DNA from: Paraspadella gotoi
Taxonomy: Eukaryota; Animalia; Chaetognatha
Direction: 5' to 3'
Length of the DNA stretch: 64,000 bases
Assembly: GCA_051294375.1 (NCBI GenBank)
Contig: CM119263.1
Span: 28,169,260-28,233,259, forward strand
Below, in pieces: positions 1-24,326 of this stretch. The notes under the pieces are model-generated. The model was not told the DNA's origin and ran no database searches. It saw only the letters and a program-made list of their open reading frames with translations. How positions within the stretch are numbered: position 1 is the first letter of the stretch; each line of letters opens with the position of its first letter. The position numbers and the translations under genes were made by a program.

Positions 1-4803
<4,803 letters not shown>

Positions 4804-5467
4804 GTAGCGCCTCTGGGAGAGCTCCTTTAGGAAAGCGCTCTTTAAAGGAGCGCTTTTAATAAAAATGCTTTGTAAAGAGCACTTTGGTGGGAGCAATATT
4901 TCAAGGACTCTTGCGTGAGAGCGCTGAGCTATTACGTATAGAACTTCTTTTACGAAGCGCTTTTTTTGAGGATTAACAAATAAATTCATTTGGACTTTCC
5001 GAAGCGCCTGATTGGATGGTCCGCAAGTGATGCTGTTTTTTGATCCCTCCACTTAAAGACTCGAAGCGATATTAAGTTATAAAATTGCAATAATTCTCGA
5101 AGGCGTTCTTTTTGTCGCTAAAGTGAAGAAACCTAATTCTTTTTTTTAACAAAAATCACATATACCACTACTAATTTTACAAATCGCTCAACAAGTTCAA
5201 AAAACTTACTAGTCACAATTCACGAAAGGAAATATTTTATTTTCTTCGTGGTAAAATTTGCTCAAAATGTTTTATATCTTTATTATTTTGTACTTTGACC
5301 AAAGTGAATTGAATCTCAACCAAACCAAAGCAAAAAACAGGATTAATAAAAAAATAGGCCTCAATGTTTTTTTGAGAGAATGTCTTGATTCCTCAACATA
5401 GAAGAACAAACCGTCAATGACAATATCATCAAGTGAATTAAAATATATATAAACTGACAAACTAAAA

Positions 5468-7742
5468 ATGGATCAAGGGTCTGCTCGGCATCGCAAGGTC
5501 ATGAGGCAACTCAACGACGAGAGAGACGAAATCAAACGAACAGGTGATGACATTTTAATGACATTTTTTGGGGGTAAAAATGTCATTCCTCAGTAAAGAT
5601 ATTATTATTTTTAAGGAGATTAATTTCGATACTGTCTTCTATTTTATTTTATTTTTTTCGTTGTAATCGAGTAACTAAAAAGTGATTTTCCTACCTCACA
5701 ATATTGTTTTAATATTTTCCTTTGATATATATTTTTTTTTAAATTTAGAAATATGATTATGATTTCATTTTCAGCCAAGAATCAAATGCGAAAAATCGTT
5801 TCAACGAATGTCGAGGACGGATTGTACCCAATGGAATACATAATGGAGAACAAACTTTATCTCCCGGGTACAAAAAGATAATAAAAAATAATTGGGAAAA
5901 ATAATAAAAGAAAAAAATATTTTTAAAATAAAACTTTTCTTTGTTTCGTTAGAACCTCCGGCGCTGAAACAACAAGAATTGAAAGAAATCGAACTTTTGA
6001 AGCAAAGGAAAGAATTTCGACAACAGATGCACGCGGAGGATTTGGTGAGTACAAAATATACAAAAATAGGATTAAATGAATATGGAAAACTGAAACAAAA
6101 TGAAAAATAGGATTAAAAGAATATGGAAAACTGAAATATAAAAAAATAGTTGGATAAAGAACTTTGGGCAAAGGTGAGGCTAAGCTTATCTCAAAGGAAA
6201 GGTACTACTCCCAAAAATAAATACGAGACAAATGGTCAGTTACATTCAATTTTTTTAAAAGAGAAGCTAAAGAAATGGAACTATTGTTTGATCACAAAAA
6301 TGTCATCCAAAAAGAGAAAAACCGCGGAAAAGAATTTCTGAAATTCGACTCCCGACCAAAAAATATCGTACGACATTTTTCGATTTTCTTTGCTATCATT
6401 TTTTTTTTCTTCTTTCCTTCATAAATTTTAATTTTTTCACCAACTTTTCTTTTCGTTCTTCTATCAACTTCGGATTTTTCCTACTTTTGTTTAAATACTT
6501 CATGTCTTCTATTCTAATTTCTTTTTAATCATTTCATTTTCTATTTCCCTTCAAATTCTGCTTTTTTTCCCCGTCGGTGCAAAACAATTTGTTAAATTAG
6601 AAATTTAGGTTTTCTCTCCCCTTTCCACCCCATTTCCTTTCCTTCCTTCTTATCTCTTACTTACCTTTTCTTTTCCTCACCTCCCTACCTTTCCCTCCTC
6701 AGGAGAGAACGATGAAGAGAGAGCAACTCAAGGCCGACCTCCAAGATTTGATCAGTTGTCACGACGACCCTCAAAGCGACGACGAGGATTTTCTCAGACA
6801 AGTCGACTACGAACCGCGCCCCATGAGCAGGTTGTTGTCGTTGTCATTGTTTTTCTTGCTTTCGTTACTGTCATCGGTAGCTAATCGGTAGCTAATAGAA
6901 GTTAGAAAGCGTAATTGTTTTACCATATTTTTTAAAGAAAATTTTTTGGAAATATGGGGGAAAATACCGAAACCACTTATTCCGAATATATATCGTTGCA
7001 GAACTCGAAACTTCGTGGAGAATGTGCAGAACATGATCCCCCAATATCCTCAACCCGTGGACCCAGAAGCCGAAGAACCGATGTTCGCCAAACCCCTGGT
7101 GAATTTAGACTCTTTACTTTTCTTTCGGTTCCTTGCTTCTCTTAGTTTCTATTCTTTATACTGTTTCCGCTTCTGTTTCGGCTAATTCTTTTTCTGTTTC
7201 CGTTCTGTTTCTTCTTTCCATTTTTTTATAAATTGTATTTTATGCTCTTTTCTTGTCTCTCTCGTCACAACCAATATAAACTTATAAAATATTTCAAATT
7301 TTTTTTTTAAATTATCTCCTACTTTAAATCCTCTTTAAAAACGAATGTTTTATTTCCCTTCTCATTTCACTTCACCTGTGCTTTTTTTGCTTCTTCTTTT
7401 CACTTTTTTCTTTTACCGTCAAACCTCATATTTTTTATCGTCGGTTTCTTCTATTTTTCTTTCGATCTAATGATGTTTTTCCTCTTCATGTTTTTTCTTT
7501 TGTTCTTTTTATGTTTTTCCTTCGACCCAGAATTCAGCTCATCCTTCCGAAGGTTAATGAGGCTGGAGAGATTCGTTGGATCGATTATTCAAAACGTCAA
7601 TCCACCGGTAGAAATAGAAATAGAGAGAGAGAGATCGCCTCTCTCTCCCTCTCTCTCTCTCTATCTCGCTCTCTCTTTTCTCGCATTCACCTTCGAGTCA
7701 ACCGACAAAATTAAAATACGAGGCTCTTGTTTTCGCCCGACG

Positions 7743-7835
<93 letters not shown>

Positions 7836-10410
7836 TCTCTCACTCTGGCCCAACATCGCCCAACCGACGCATCTGACCCCAAATGCGTCGAGGACAACCT
7901 CAAAACGCCGTCGACGTTTGACGATAAAAGTCATTGCAGATGGTTTAGCTATTGCGGATCCAGTTTGTCAGACCCTACAGCGACGATGGGAGGGAGTTAA
8001 AGTGGCGTAAATTGCTAGGGTCATCCTGAATTAAGAGTTCCGAACGAAACATATGCAGCCAGGAAATTCAACCCGTTATCTATATTCTTTGACGCTTTAC
8101 TTTTTGTCTTTTTTTTTTTCATTCTTCAAAAATTCTTTCAATTTTTCAATCAATCGATCAGTCGGTCAATCAATAAAACTGAAATTGAACAAATAAATCC
8201 ATCATCTACCCTCCCAAACCCCTCTCTTCCAATCCCCTCTCTTCCCCCCCCCCACCTCACCCCCCAAGCCCCTCCGCGAGCGGCCATCCCCCCGCCGTCT
8301 TCCGCCAAATGATGTCGGCGTCCCGACGCCTCGATCCCGAGGGCGACCGGCGCGCCTTCTCCGATCGAATCAACGCGCGCGCCGACGAGATCCTCCGCTG
8401 GACCGGGAGCGGGCGCGACGCCGGGGACGGCGCAGGCGCGGTGGAGAGGCGGCGTCGGACTCGGGGCGTCAGGACGTCTACACGAGGAACGCAGTGGCCG
8501 AAGGAAACAAGGCTTTCGCCTCCGAGATGGAAAAGTTGATGAAGAGGGCGGAATATTTGCTCTACGCCGACGAATACACGCAGCCGAAGGTTTTTTTTTA
8601 TTTTTGATTGATTGATTGATCCGATTTGGTTTGATTGATTTATTAACTGGATGATTTACTGGCTTGTTTGAATGTATTGATTCTTTGGTAGAATGAGTGA
8701 AAAAATTTTATTTTGGTTCAATTAAATTTTATTTAGATTATGAATTTATTCAGGTTTTGATTGATTGCTTTCGTGAATTGATTAATTGAATTATATATAG
8801 ATTTATAGATTTATTGAATGCTTCGCGTAATTCTATTGATAATTTAACTTTGTCTATGCAAAAGTTTGATTCGATTGGAGGTTCATTTTCCCACCCCCTT
8901 ACTCTTTGTCCCCTTCTAGACCCGCAAGATTCCTCCCAACCCCATCAAACTCAGCGCCCGCGACGCCTACGGCGACGACCTCTCGGATTACCGCCCGTCG
9001 CCCCCGCCGATGTTGACGAGGAGAGCACGTGATCCGGAAATCGACGAGCTCTTCCAGCGCACCTCGGAGAAGATGCACTACAAGTTCGATCCGGAGACGG
9101 TCAAGGTGGGTAGCTGAACTCTATAGTTATTTTTAGTAAGAGATTCGTTCTTGTTTTGTATATATAAACTAATAAATAAAAGATTTTTATTTTTAAAATT
9201 TATATCAATTTTTAATTTAACTTTGATTTTAAATGTTTAAAAACAAATAATAATTTAATAATTTTATGAATTCATAATATAACAATTTTACTAAATCAAA
9301 CTTTTTTTAATATTACAATTTTTAATTAATTTTTTTTCCGTTTTTTATTTTTTTACATACTTGATTTTTATATTAATCTACAATATCTAAAATTTAATTT
9401 CCGTAATATCTTTCACGTCTTCCAGATCCCGACCGACAAGAGAATGATGGTGATGACAGGCAACACGGTCACCGACATGGACTTGGATTGGGTCCGAGGA
9501 AAAGGATCAAATATCTCGAAGTTTTCCGAGGAGGAAGAATCGCTGAGTCCGATTCAGGTCTGGGGTGGGAATATTAGTATATTGTGGCAGGAGATAGTTC
9601 GAGTCTGCCACAATATTTTATTATATTTTATATAATATTTGTATATTATTATGTATAAAGGCAACGACTGTGCATTTAGCTAAGGAGCTTGTTTGTGAGA
9701 TATACATGTGGATAAGGCGATAAGGCTTAATGACTATCCGCCAGTTCTTTAACCTCTCGAGCAGCCATGGAACGGGTCCTGAGCTTGGTTTTACCCGCAG
9801 GGTAGGTACTGGGTTGGGATTGAACGGGTCACGACTGAAGGTGTCATGCTTACAGGAGGGGAGAAGTAAAGATTTTCGCTATTTGCTCTATTCTCAACCA
9901 TCAATTGTATTGTCTTAGCAGATAAACTATTTCTCGTTGCCTACTTTCCACCCCCTCAACAGCGCCAAATCCGCGCGACTAGGATGGCGGTTGACAAAAG
10001 CATGGAGCACTACCGAGACAAGACGTCGACGATCAGCTTCGCCGACGGGATCACCTACGATATGGAGGACAAAGGGCGACCCGAGGGATTCGGTGAGTGG
10101 AAAGTCACGGTCACCAAAACAAGAACATCAAAAAGAACAACAACACTAACAAGAACAACAAATAGACGACGACGACTGCATTGAAAACAGCTTCTTCCTT
10201 TCTCCAGGCACGATCGCACAAAGCGCTTGGAGCGAGATAGAGACAGAGTACAAACTGTCGACCAAGCCGCGCCCCGACCCGCCCGAGTCGGCCACCTCGT
10301 GGCGGCAGAAGAGACAGGAGGAAGCAGCGCAGCCCAAACGGCACTCACCGCTGCCCAAAACCGAAGCCGACGATTTAGTGGACGAGTTTTTGGGAGGGAA
10401 GCTGTTTTGA
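5468..10410 (+). CDS. Multi-exon gene of unknown family, paralog B
   Basis: ATG 5468. Exons approx. 5468-5543, 5775-5867, 5953-6044, 6703-6830, 7002-7098, 7531-7607 (frame uncertain), 8269-8589, 8920-9105, 9426-9557, 9963-10092, 10208-10410 (TGA). Phases are consistent at both ends. Peptides: [84 protein letters not shown]. Confidence 0.75.
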
Positions 10411-11092
10411 AAAATGGGAGGACGAAGAGGAGAAAGGACGAACAGCTGCGGCCAAGTTGGAGGATCGCTGGTGTCTTTAATCGACGGAGCGTTGGAGAGC
10501 ATCATCTTGAGACGCTTGAAGAGAGAGTTGTACTCATGTTAATGTAGTCAAAGAAAAGTCTGAAGAATCTCAACAAGTTGACAATGAAAGTCCATCTTAA
10601 ATATACTAAACTATTTAATCATATCAAAGTGCCTTTAAATACATAACGGACGAGTCATTATTAGAATATATATAACTAGGTTTACATTTTGCGTGTTGTA
10701 CAGATTCTTGTCTCCCTTATTATACAGTCCCTCTGTTACTTTTTTTGGATTTGATATATTTATTTATTTATTTATAAATGAACCAGAGTTACGAACTAGA
10801 GAGCGTACGATGGGGTATATATAATCTTTGTTCTATTGAACTTAACAAGTTCAGATTCAAGTCGGCTAAATGTTCGTATGTTTTATTAAACATGTATTTA
10901 GAAAATAAAGTTAAAAGCATAATAATTAATTAGAAAGAAATTTGGGTCATGAAATAATTAGTCTATGTTAATAATAAACAAGATGGACATTCCTTTCAAA
11001 TACTAACAAAAAAATTAAACTAAAAAAATAACAATAGTTGATTCAAATGTACATTTAATGGTTAAAGTTTATTGTTTTACGCCCTTCCGAAG

Positions 11093-16721
<5,629 letters not shown>

Positions 16722-16739
16722 CCGGAAACGATCGTCTTT

Positions 16740-16818
<79 letters not shown>

Positions 16819-17350
16819 ATTAATAGTAATTATCATTTCCGATTTAATAAATATCTTATTAACCCAATGGTTTTACTTTTCGTTAATTTAAACGTTTGCT
16901 CAATTTTTTGACTTTGTTTGTTTAGACGTACTTTTCCATACTTTGTTTTTTTTCTTTTTCCTGTTGTTTGCGATTAGTTGTCACGCCATTTTTTTTAACT
17001 CTGTGATATCGGCTGATTATTAACGATTAAACAGTTAAAAATTGCAAAATTTACGACCGACTGTTTTTGCCGCTTTTAACGACGGCGTAGATTGCAAGGA
17101 AAGAGAAGGATTACGTACCTTTATTCGCAAAAAAGCCGTGAACCTTTCAGTGTTTTCGTGTTTAATAGTTGATATTCAGGCGTTGAATATTGTGTCATTT
17201 TGCGAGTTGATTTTCATGCGCTGAATATGGTGCTCGTTTTACCAGTTGATATCGAAATAGAATGCGGTCGGCGAAATAGCGAGTGCTGCCGAAAGAATTT
17301 TGAAAAATGAAAAATATTATAAAACATTAAAGCGATATATAAATATGAAA

Positions 17351-17423
<73 letters not shown>

Positions 17424-17847
17424 AGAGAGAGAGAGAGAGTCCTCCTTCGCGCGTCGATTTCGAGTTTTGATTTCCAAGTTGATCTTCGTTGCCAAGGAAT
17501 ATCAACGTCCGCTTTTCTGAGGGATCTCAAGAGGGCGGGAGCTACCAAAATAAAAGAGCAATGCTCTTTAAGTCTTTTGTTAAGAGTTTTGTATTTACTA
17601 TTTACTTTTAAATTTTAAAAGAAAAAAAAGTAAAACCGAATGGTATTAAAAACAATATGAGCTATAATCTATATATTCCTAAATGACTACTAAGTTCTGA
17701 TGTACACACAGAAAAAGTTCTCTTTGAAAAAAAAAAATATATAATTACATCCATCAGAAAATTGTGCATCAAGTAGTAAAAACTTCATATAAACTAATAC
17801 ATTGTCCCCCAAATATAATACAATATATTCTCGTCCTAGTCCAGATG

Positions 17848-18560
17848 TCATCGTCGAAAGAGTTTAAAGATTCCGTGAACTGGCGCCGAAGCGACGGACA
17901 TCAACGTCGAAGCTAAACTGGACAAGAATCCTGATCCTTCGACGTCCTCAACGGTTCCGGGAACCGTCGCGGCGCCGAGGTCGTTATTGACGGCGCCGAG
18001 GTCGTTATTGACGGCGCCGAGGTCGTTATTGACGGCGCCGAGGTCGTCGGGTGCGGCGCAGGGGTCGTCGGTAGCGGCCCCAGGGTCGTCTTTTTCGGCG
18101 CTTCAAGTCATTCGAGGCGTCGTCGTCGTTCGCACTGAATCGTCGACGGCTTCGCTCGACGAGAGAGATTTCTCCTTCTTCTTCTTTGTTAGATTCTGAA
18201 AAAATGATTGTTTTAGTTAAAAATAATTGTTTAATGTTATTTTAACTAACAATTTACATATCGATCATCTATAATCGGAAAAAAAAAACCCGGACGAAGA
18301 AGTTTTTTTCTGTCATTAAAACGAAATAACAATTAGTCAGGTTGTATTATTTATATTAGCTATACTTAGCACTAGCCGTTTTAAGGATAACAAAAACACC
18401 AAATGACCGCCACCCACCAGAGATAGAATCTCCGTTGAGGTCGTTTTCTGTGAGTCCATTCGTTGCCATGCCAACCGATGCGTCTCCGTCTCTCTCTTCA
18501 CCGCGGTTTCGAGGACGACGGCGCGAAGAATCAACTTCAACTTTTGTTGCGGAGGAATGA
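17848..18560 (-). CDS. Putative low-complexity protein gene, last two exons (5' end unresolved, toward ~19300)
   Basis: Minus-strand GC-rich exons ~18560-18417 (HSSATKVEVDSSRRRPRNRGEERDG...) and ~18195-17848 joined in phase 1. The last exon contains a 21-bp repeat that reads NNDLGAV x3 and ends ...SAPVHGIFKLFRR* in a shifted frame. No homology recognised. Confidence 0.4.
17971..18048. repeat. 21-bp tandem repeat (ggcgccgaggtcgttattgac) x~3.7
   Basis: Seen directly. Confidence 0.9.
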
Positions 18561-19330
18561 CCTTTTCGAATACAGGGTTCAAGTGTGAATGTATTTATGA
18601 ATTGCAATTTTAATATTTAAAACAGTAATTCATCTTTACTACAAAATTCAATACTTAATGCGTCTGATATTAAAAGTCATAAATAATTTTATTCAAAATT
18701 ACAATATATGTGGATTTGGTTTATTGGATTTGGTTTGTTGAATTTCTAAACGAGCGAGTTGGATCTCTTATTGTACTACTATTTCGATTTGGTTTACTTA
18801 TAAGATTGCTTCATATTCAAATTTATTCAGAATGGACTCTCTTCAACAAACATTCGGAGTGGACGTAAGAATTAATTCATTATTCGGTTTCTTCTATTTT
18901 TTTACTTTTATATTTTTTTTCCCGGTAATGAAATGAAAATCAGTTTCATATAAAAGGCGTGATCACTTGCGAATAAGGGGCAATCACCGTTTTATCACAA
19001 CTCTAAACGCGATCACTATTTTCTGAAACATTGACTATTATGAGCAACAAACAGTATTCCTCTGTATTACAGTAAATTGAGCAAATGTATCACGTAGTAA
19101 TTAATGGTTTTTGGGATTTTTTTAAAAGGACAAACTGAACACGAGAGAGATAGAGCGACGGAAAAGCATCAAATCCTAATCGAGTCATTTATTTAGTTGA
19201 ATGGATTTTATCGCCCGGTCGATAAGAAGGTCATTAGTGGAAAGTTGTTTGACGATTGTCCACATCTCGTCCAACTCGTTTCATCTCCCTCGAAAGAGTT
19301 CACGTGAACAACCTGTTTTTTTTTTTCGGT

Positions 19331-19458
19331 GACCCGCTGAATGTAAAAACTTGTATTTCTTGACCCACTGAATATAAAAACTTGTAATTCTTGACCCACT
19401 GAATGTAAAAACTTGTAATTCTTGACCCGCTGAATGTAAAAACTTTTATTTCTTGACC
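19331..19458. repeat. 31-bp tandem repeat x4 upstream of GATM
   Basis: Unit gaccc(g/a)ctgaat(g/a)taaaaacttgta(t/a)ttctt. Confidence 0.9.
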
Positions 19459-19656
19459 AGGATTTAACACGTGACAAAAACGCCAAGTGAACCTTTCAAG
19501 ATCCATCTTTTCTTTCTTTTATTTTTTTTCGGTTAAAACTGAATTCAACTTGTAATAACTACGAATGATTTTAAGAACCCGCGATTCGTTTTATTTTAAC
19601 CAAAAAGATTAATATAATTTCATTCAGATCGCATTAAAAAATCCACCGGTGACAAA

Positions 19657-22417
19657 ATGATCTTGGCGAGGAACTTACGCGTCGGATTCCGTCCTTCGAA
19701 CCTTTTTAAAGTGGTAAGTTTAAGGTAGATTTTAAATTAAAGTTTGAGTTAGACTTTAAATCCTTTTATCGTTTTGTTAAGTTAGTTTAAAAAGTGAACC
19801 AAAATACCCTAGCCAGCAGCGGGACCAAACTAGCGCTAAAAAGAGAGAGAATTGAATTTGAATTTGAATTTGAAAAACAAAAGTGCGAGCTTTAGGCTTG
19901 TACTTTAAACAGCCCTAAAAAGCTACCTTATCTTATGATTTGTAAGTATTAATAGTTTTTTGAGTTTTTAGAGAGAGAGAGAGAGAGAGAGAGCTAGTTA
20001 CATAATTCCGCCCTGTAATTTGAAGGAATAAGATCCGCTAAATGAATCTCTCTGTCTCCATCCTCTCATCCTTTAATAAATATTAGTTATCCGCGGGACT
20101 CAAGACGAACGCGTCTCCGTCTCTTCAAGCGGTCAACGTCTCTCCATCCGTCGAACCACTCGACGCCGAAGTTCAGCCGCTGGTCAATCTCGACAGGTGA
20201 GGTCATTAAAAGGGTAAGGTGGAGAAGTGAAACTCGAAAACTGATATTTGACCATTCAAGGCCATGATTATGTTTTAAGTTAAGATAAGAGGTAAGATAT
20301 TAAAGTTAAAATTAAGTTTTAATATTAAGAACCAAAATGGGGCGCTACCGGAAAACGGCGCCTATTTTTAATTAAGATAGAAAGATGATGTTTGGTGACC
20401 AAGTGACTCCCCCTCCCTCTCGTTTCTTCTCCAGTCCCGTGATGGCCTGGAACGAGTGGGATCCTTTGGAGGAGATCATCGTGGGTCGTGCTGATGGAGC
20501 TCACATCCCGCCGCTCACCATTGAGGTCAAAGCGACCACTCACGAAAACTATTGGGAATTTTATCAGGTGGAATGAAGGGTAGGGAAGAAGGGAAGGGAA
20601 GAAGGGAAGGGAAAGGGAAAAGAAAGGACGGAATAGGAAGCAAAGTATATAAAAAAGGAATGAAAAGAAAATAAAATAATTTGAAAAAAAAGAATAATAT
20701 TTTTCGGAACAAAAATTAAAGGAAAAAAGAATTAAGAGATGAACATTATTTTCAACCAAGGAAAAAAAAAGAACAATATAAGAAAAGAGAATAAAAAAAA
20801 TAAATAAAAATATAACGTAAAATAAATGAGAAATGAAAAAGAATGTAGTATTTATTTGAACACTAACTCTAACGCTAACATAACTCTACATTGCACACAT
20901 TTGTATTGATATGCAACGCGACGTTAGAGTCAATTAGAAAAACGTTTCGCTTCTTCTATCGGCAGCAAAACGGCGGAACCGGATTTCCGGCGGCGCATCT
21001 CCAGAAAGCCGCCGCCGAGATCGAAGAGCTTTGCGCCGTCTTGCGTCAAGAGGGCGTGGTCGTCCAAAGACCCGACATCATCGATTGGTCAAAGGAATAC
21101 GAGACGCCCGACTTCAAGTCTTCAGGTCAGACTTGGTGATCGGTGATAAATCAATCAAGCAAACAAACGATTAAAAATCAATAAATCAATCAATCAGTCA
21201 AATAATCAATCAAAAATTTACCGATCAAAATAACAACGAAAAATTCAATTAAAACCTTTAGTATGAAAAAATAAAAAAAATGAATCAAATGTAAGTCAAT
21301 GCATCGACCAATGAGTAAAAGGAACCAATCAAGGGATCGATAAAAAAAAGTCGCAAAATCTAATTAATCCAATCAAATCCAATCAAATCCAATCAAATCC
21401 AACTAATGAAATTCCAGGCTTATACGCGGCGATGCCTCGAGACATCCTCACCGTCATCGGCGACGAGATCATCGAAGCCCCGATGGCCTGGCGCGCGCGC
21501 TTCTTCGAGTACAGAGCCTATCGGCGCTTGATCAAGGACTACTTCAATCGCGGCGCTAAATGGTGCACGCCGCCCAAGCCGCAAATGTCAAATGATCTTT
21601 ACGATCGTGTGAGTTTTTGATTGATGGGACTGATCGGAATCCAGGAATCAATCTTTTAAGGTTCACCCCGCATATCAAGAACTTTTCTTCGTTGTGGCTC
21701 ATTGAGTAAAGCCCTCGGGCCCTCGGCTAATGATCACGAGGTACCGGGTTCAATCCCAACTCGGTGTCTGCCTTTCGGGAAGAGTGAGGAGCTTGGAGCT
21801 AGAAGAGGTTTAAGAAGTTTCCGATAGTCATCATCTTTGGCCAACTTAGCGCCATATTCACAAAGAAATTTGACTGGGAAGTTTATTTAGTTGTTGCCCC
21901 CTGACATTAAGCATGATCGATAGGCAGTATATCCGTACGGCTGGGCCAGGCTGGGTCCGCTTGGTCAATTAACACACGAAGTGTTTTTATCACAACCGCG
22001 AAAATTCTTAATCTACTTTAATAAGGAAGAAATGAAATGTTAATTTTTGGAAGCTTAGTCTTAGACGCATAAAAACTTAATTATTTGATAGGCCCCGCGT
22101 CTTTAATGTTGTCGGTCATACTCTTCAGGAATATCCCATGAAAAATGGGGTGCATCGAATGAGATTGGCGGAAGAAGGAAAGTTCGTCACCACAGAGTTC
22201 GAACCTTGTTTCGACGCTGCTGATTTCATTCGCGCGGGTAGGGACGTCTTCGTGCAGCGGAGCCAGGTGAGGGATTATGGGAGAGGGGCAAGGGGGGGGG
22301 CGAGGAGAGTAGAAAGGAAAGTTAGATGTGGGAGAAGAAAAAAGAAAGAAAAAGAGAAAGAAAGAAAAAGAGGAAGAAAGAAAAGATAAAGAAAGAAAGA
22401 AAGAAAGAAAGAAAGAA

Positions 22418-22449
<32 letters not shown>

Positions 22450-23871
22450 GAAAGAAGAGAAGGAAGGAAGGAAGGAAGGAAGGAAGGAAGGAAGGAAGGA
22501 AGGAGAGGGAGGAGCCGAAAAATAAAAAAAGAATGAAAACAAGAAAAAGAAAGAAAAGAAGGAAAAAGAAAGATAATTGTAGTCTAAAACGACCATCAGG
22601 TCACAAATTACATGGGCATCGAATGGATGCGACGTCATTTGGCCGAAAAGGGAATCAACCTCCACATTCTCTCTTTCCAGGTGAAGATCTCGAAATATAA
22701 ATGATATACGTTTTAAATTTTAATTAATCCATTTTAATTAATCTATTTTTGTTTTTTTCGTCTTGCGTTTGGTTGTTGTTGTTGTTTGTTCGTCTTCAAC
22801 GAATGATTTTGTTCCGAGGATCCGAACCCGATGCACATCGACGCCACCTTCAACGTCATCGGTCCTGGTCTCGTCCTCAACAACCCAGAACGACACTGCA
22901 ATCAGATCGAGATGTTCGAGAGGGCGGGATGGAAGATCGTCAAACCGCCAAGATCCATCTTTCCTGACGGTCGGTTTTACTGAGCTTTTTCGTTATATAT
23001 TTTCATGTTACATAATTATATAATTTATTCGTATTAACTTGCTGTCAGAAGGTCATCAGACGATGTTTATAACTGGGTAACTTGGCTGAATCAGACGGAT
23101 AAATGTAAAGTCTAATGGTTGAAAGTTTAAAAGGATGAAACTAAAATAAGAGACCTGGAAACCTACTAATTAGTAAATTAACATATTTCTACAAATGGAG
23201 ATTAAAGATCATTGAACAGAGAAAAGGCATTAGCTTTGTTCATTTGTTCATTTCATTCTTGATTCATTCCCACTGTCGAAACCTTTGCTTCAACTCTCGG
23301 GGATTCGGGAGATTTCGACCGAAGGCTCGTAGGGGGTGCAATTCTTTAACGTGGAAAGACTGTACATCAAAGGAAATTTCACACCCACTACAACGAATCC
23401 TTCAGATCATCCTCTGTGGTTGGGCTCCAAGTGGCTCTCCATGAACGTCTTGATGTTGGACCCCAAGCGAGTTGTGGTCGACGCCAACGAAATCCCGCTT
23501 CACAAAATGTTCGAGAGTTTGGGTGAGTCCTCGTCACAGACGAAGAAGAGGCACTCACGTGAATGTGACAATGTGAATCTAGGAGTACAGCCTGCACAGA
23601 ATCCTTTGATTCATTAATTTTTTCTTTTTATTTTGAATGTATTTGTTTTTCTTTATTTTTTTATTTATCTTTATTTATGAATTTATTTATTTACGTATTA
23701 ATGTCTTTATTTATTTATGTATTTATTTATTTGTATTACTATATACTTTTTTATAATTTAGGAATCGAATGCGTGAAAGTATCTCTTCGTTTCGCCAACT
23801 CGCTCGGCGGTGGGATGCACTGCTGGACGACGGACGTTCGCCGACGAGGAACTTTGGAATCTTATTTCTGA
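19657..23871 (+). CDS. GATM: Glycine amidinotransferase (L-arginine:glycine amidinotransferase, AGAT), likely mitochondrial
   Basis: 10 in-phase exons: 19657-19713, 20087-20196, 20435-20567, 20966-21125, 21418-21608, 22129-22266, 22600-22680, 22819-22969, 23406-23522, 23762-23871. Motifs: [80 protein letters not shown], so the catalytic Asp/His/Cys triad is intact. The Arg-rich, acid-free N-terminus resembles a mitochondrial presequence. Confidence 0.97.
21692..21830 (+). mobile_element. tRNA-derived SINE head in GATM intron 5
   Basis: A-box-like gtggctcattgagtaaag and B-box gggttcaatccc, followed by aactcggtgtctgcctttcgggaag. A related copy is on the minus strand at ~46410-46572. Confidence 0.6.
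22330..22572. repeat. (AAAG)n/(GAAG)n purine-rich tract filling GATM intron 6
   Basis: Seen directly. Confidence 0.9.
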
Positions 23872-24191
23872 GAAATGCTCAGATGATTTAGCGATGGTGA
23901 TTCATGACAAACCCGATGCGTCACACGAAGAAGACTTGGTGATTAATGATTATTCTTAAAAAACCTAATCAAGTTTTATTTTCCCATTATCTCTCCATTT
24001 GTTTGTTTATTTTTTTAAAAAGTTTTTACGTGGTTAGCTTTATTTTTTAGTTTAGTGACTAAACAGAACTGGTGGGAAATTAAAAAATACTTATAACTTT
24101 AGTTATGTAGAAAAAATGATTCTATGTATATTTAATAGACGAATTTATTTTCATTATGGAGAAATACAGTTCATAACAGAAGCAATTTTTT

Positions 24192-24232
24192 TCCAAATAT
24201 TTCGACTTTATTGCTCAGTCATCATCAGTGGA
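24192..24232 (-). ncRNA. Minimal hammerhead ribozyme-like motif (shortened stem III)
   Basis: Minus strand reads UCCA-CUGAUGA-U-GACU-gagcaauaa-AGUC-GAAA-U-AUU-UGGA. Core, stem II and 4-bp stem I are present. Repeated at 30248-30288 inside the duplicated block. Confidence 0.5.
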
Positions 24233-24265
24233 TATAACGAAAAAAGGGAACTTAGAAAAACTGTT

Positions 24266-24326
<61 letters not shown>

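Noticed and set aside
19331-19458. CRISPR-like array
   Set aside because: Repeats are head-to-tail with no unique spacers, no cas genes are present, and the context is eukaryotic.
21692-21770. Functional tRNA gene
   Set aside because: A and B boxes are present but there is no acceptor stem, and similarity to a second copy extends past the tRNA region, as expected for a SINE.
23285-23340. Additional hammerhead on the minus strand (CUACGA-GCCuucGGUC-GAAA-UCUC..GAGA)
   Set aside because: The core lacks the G of CUGA, stem II is imperfect and no stem I is evident.
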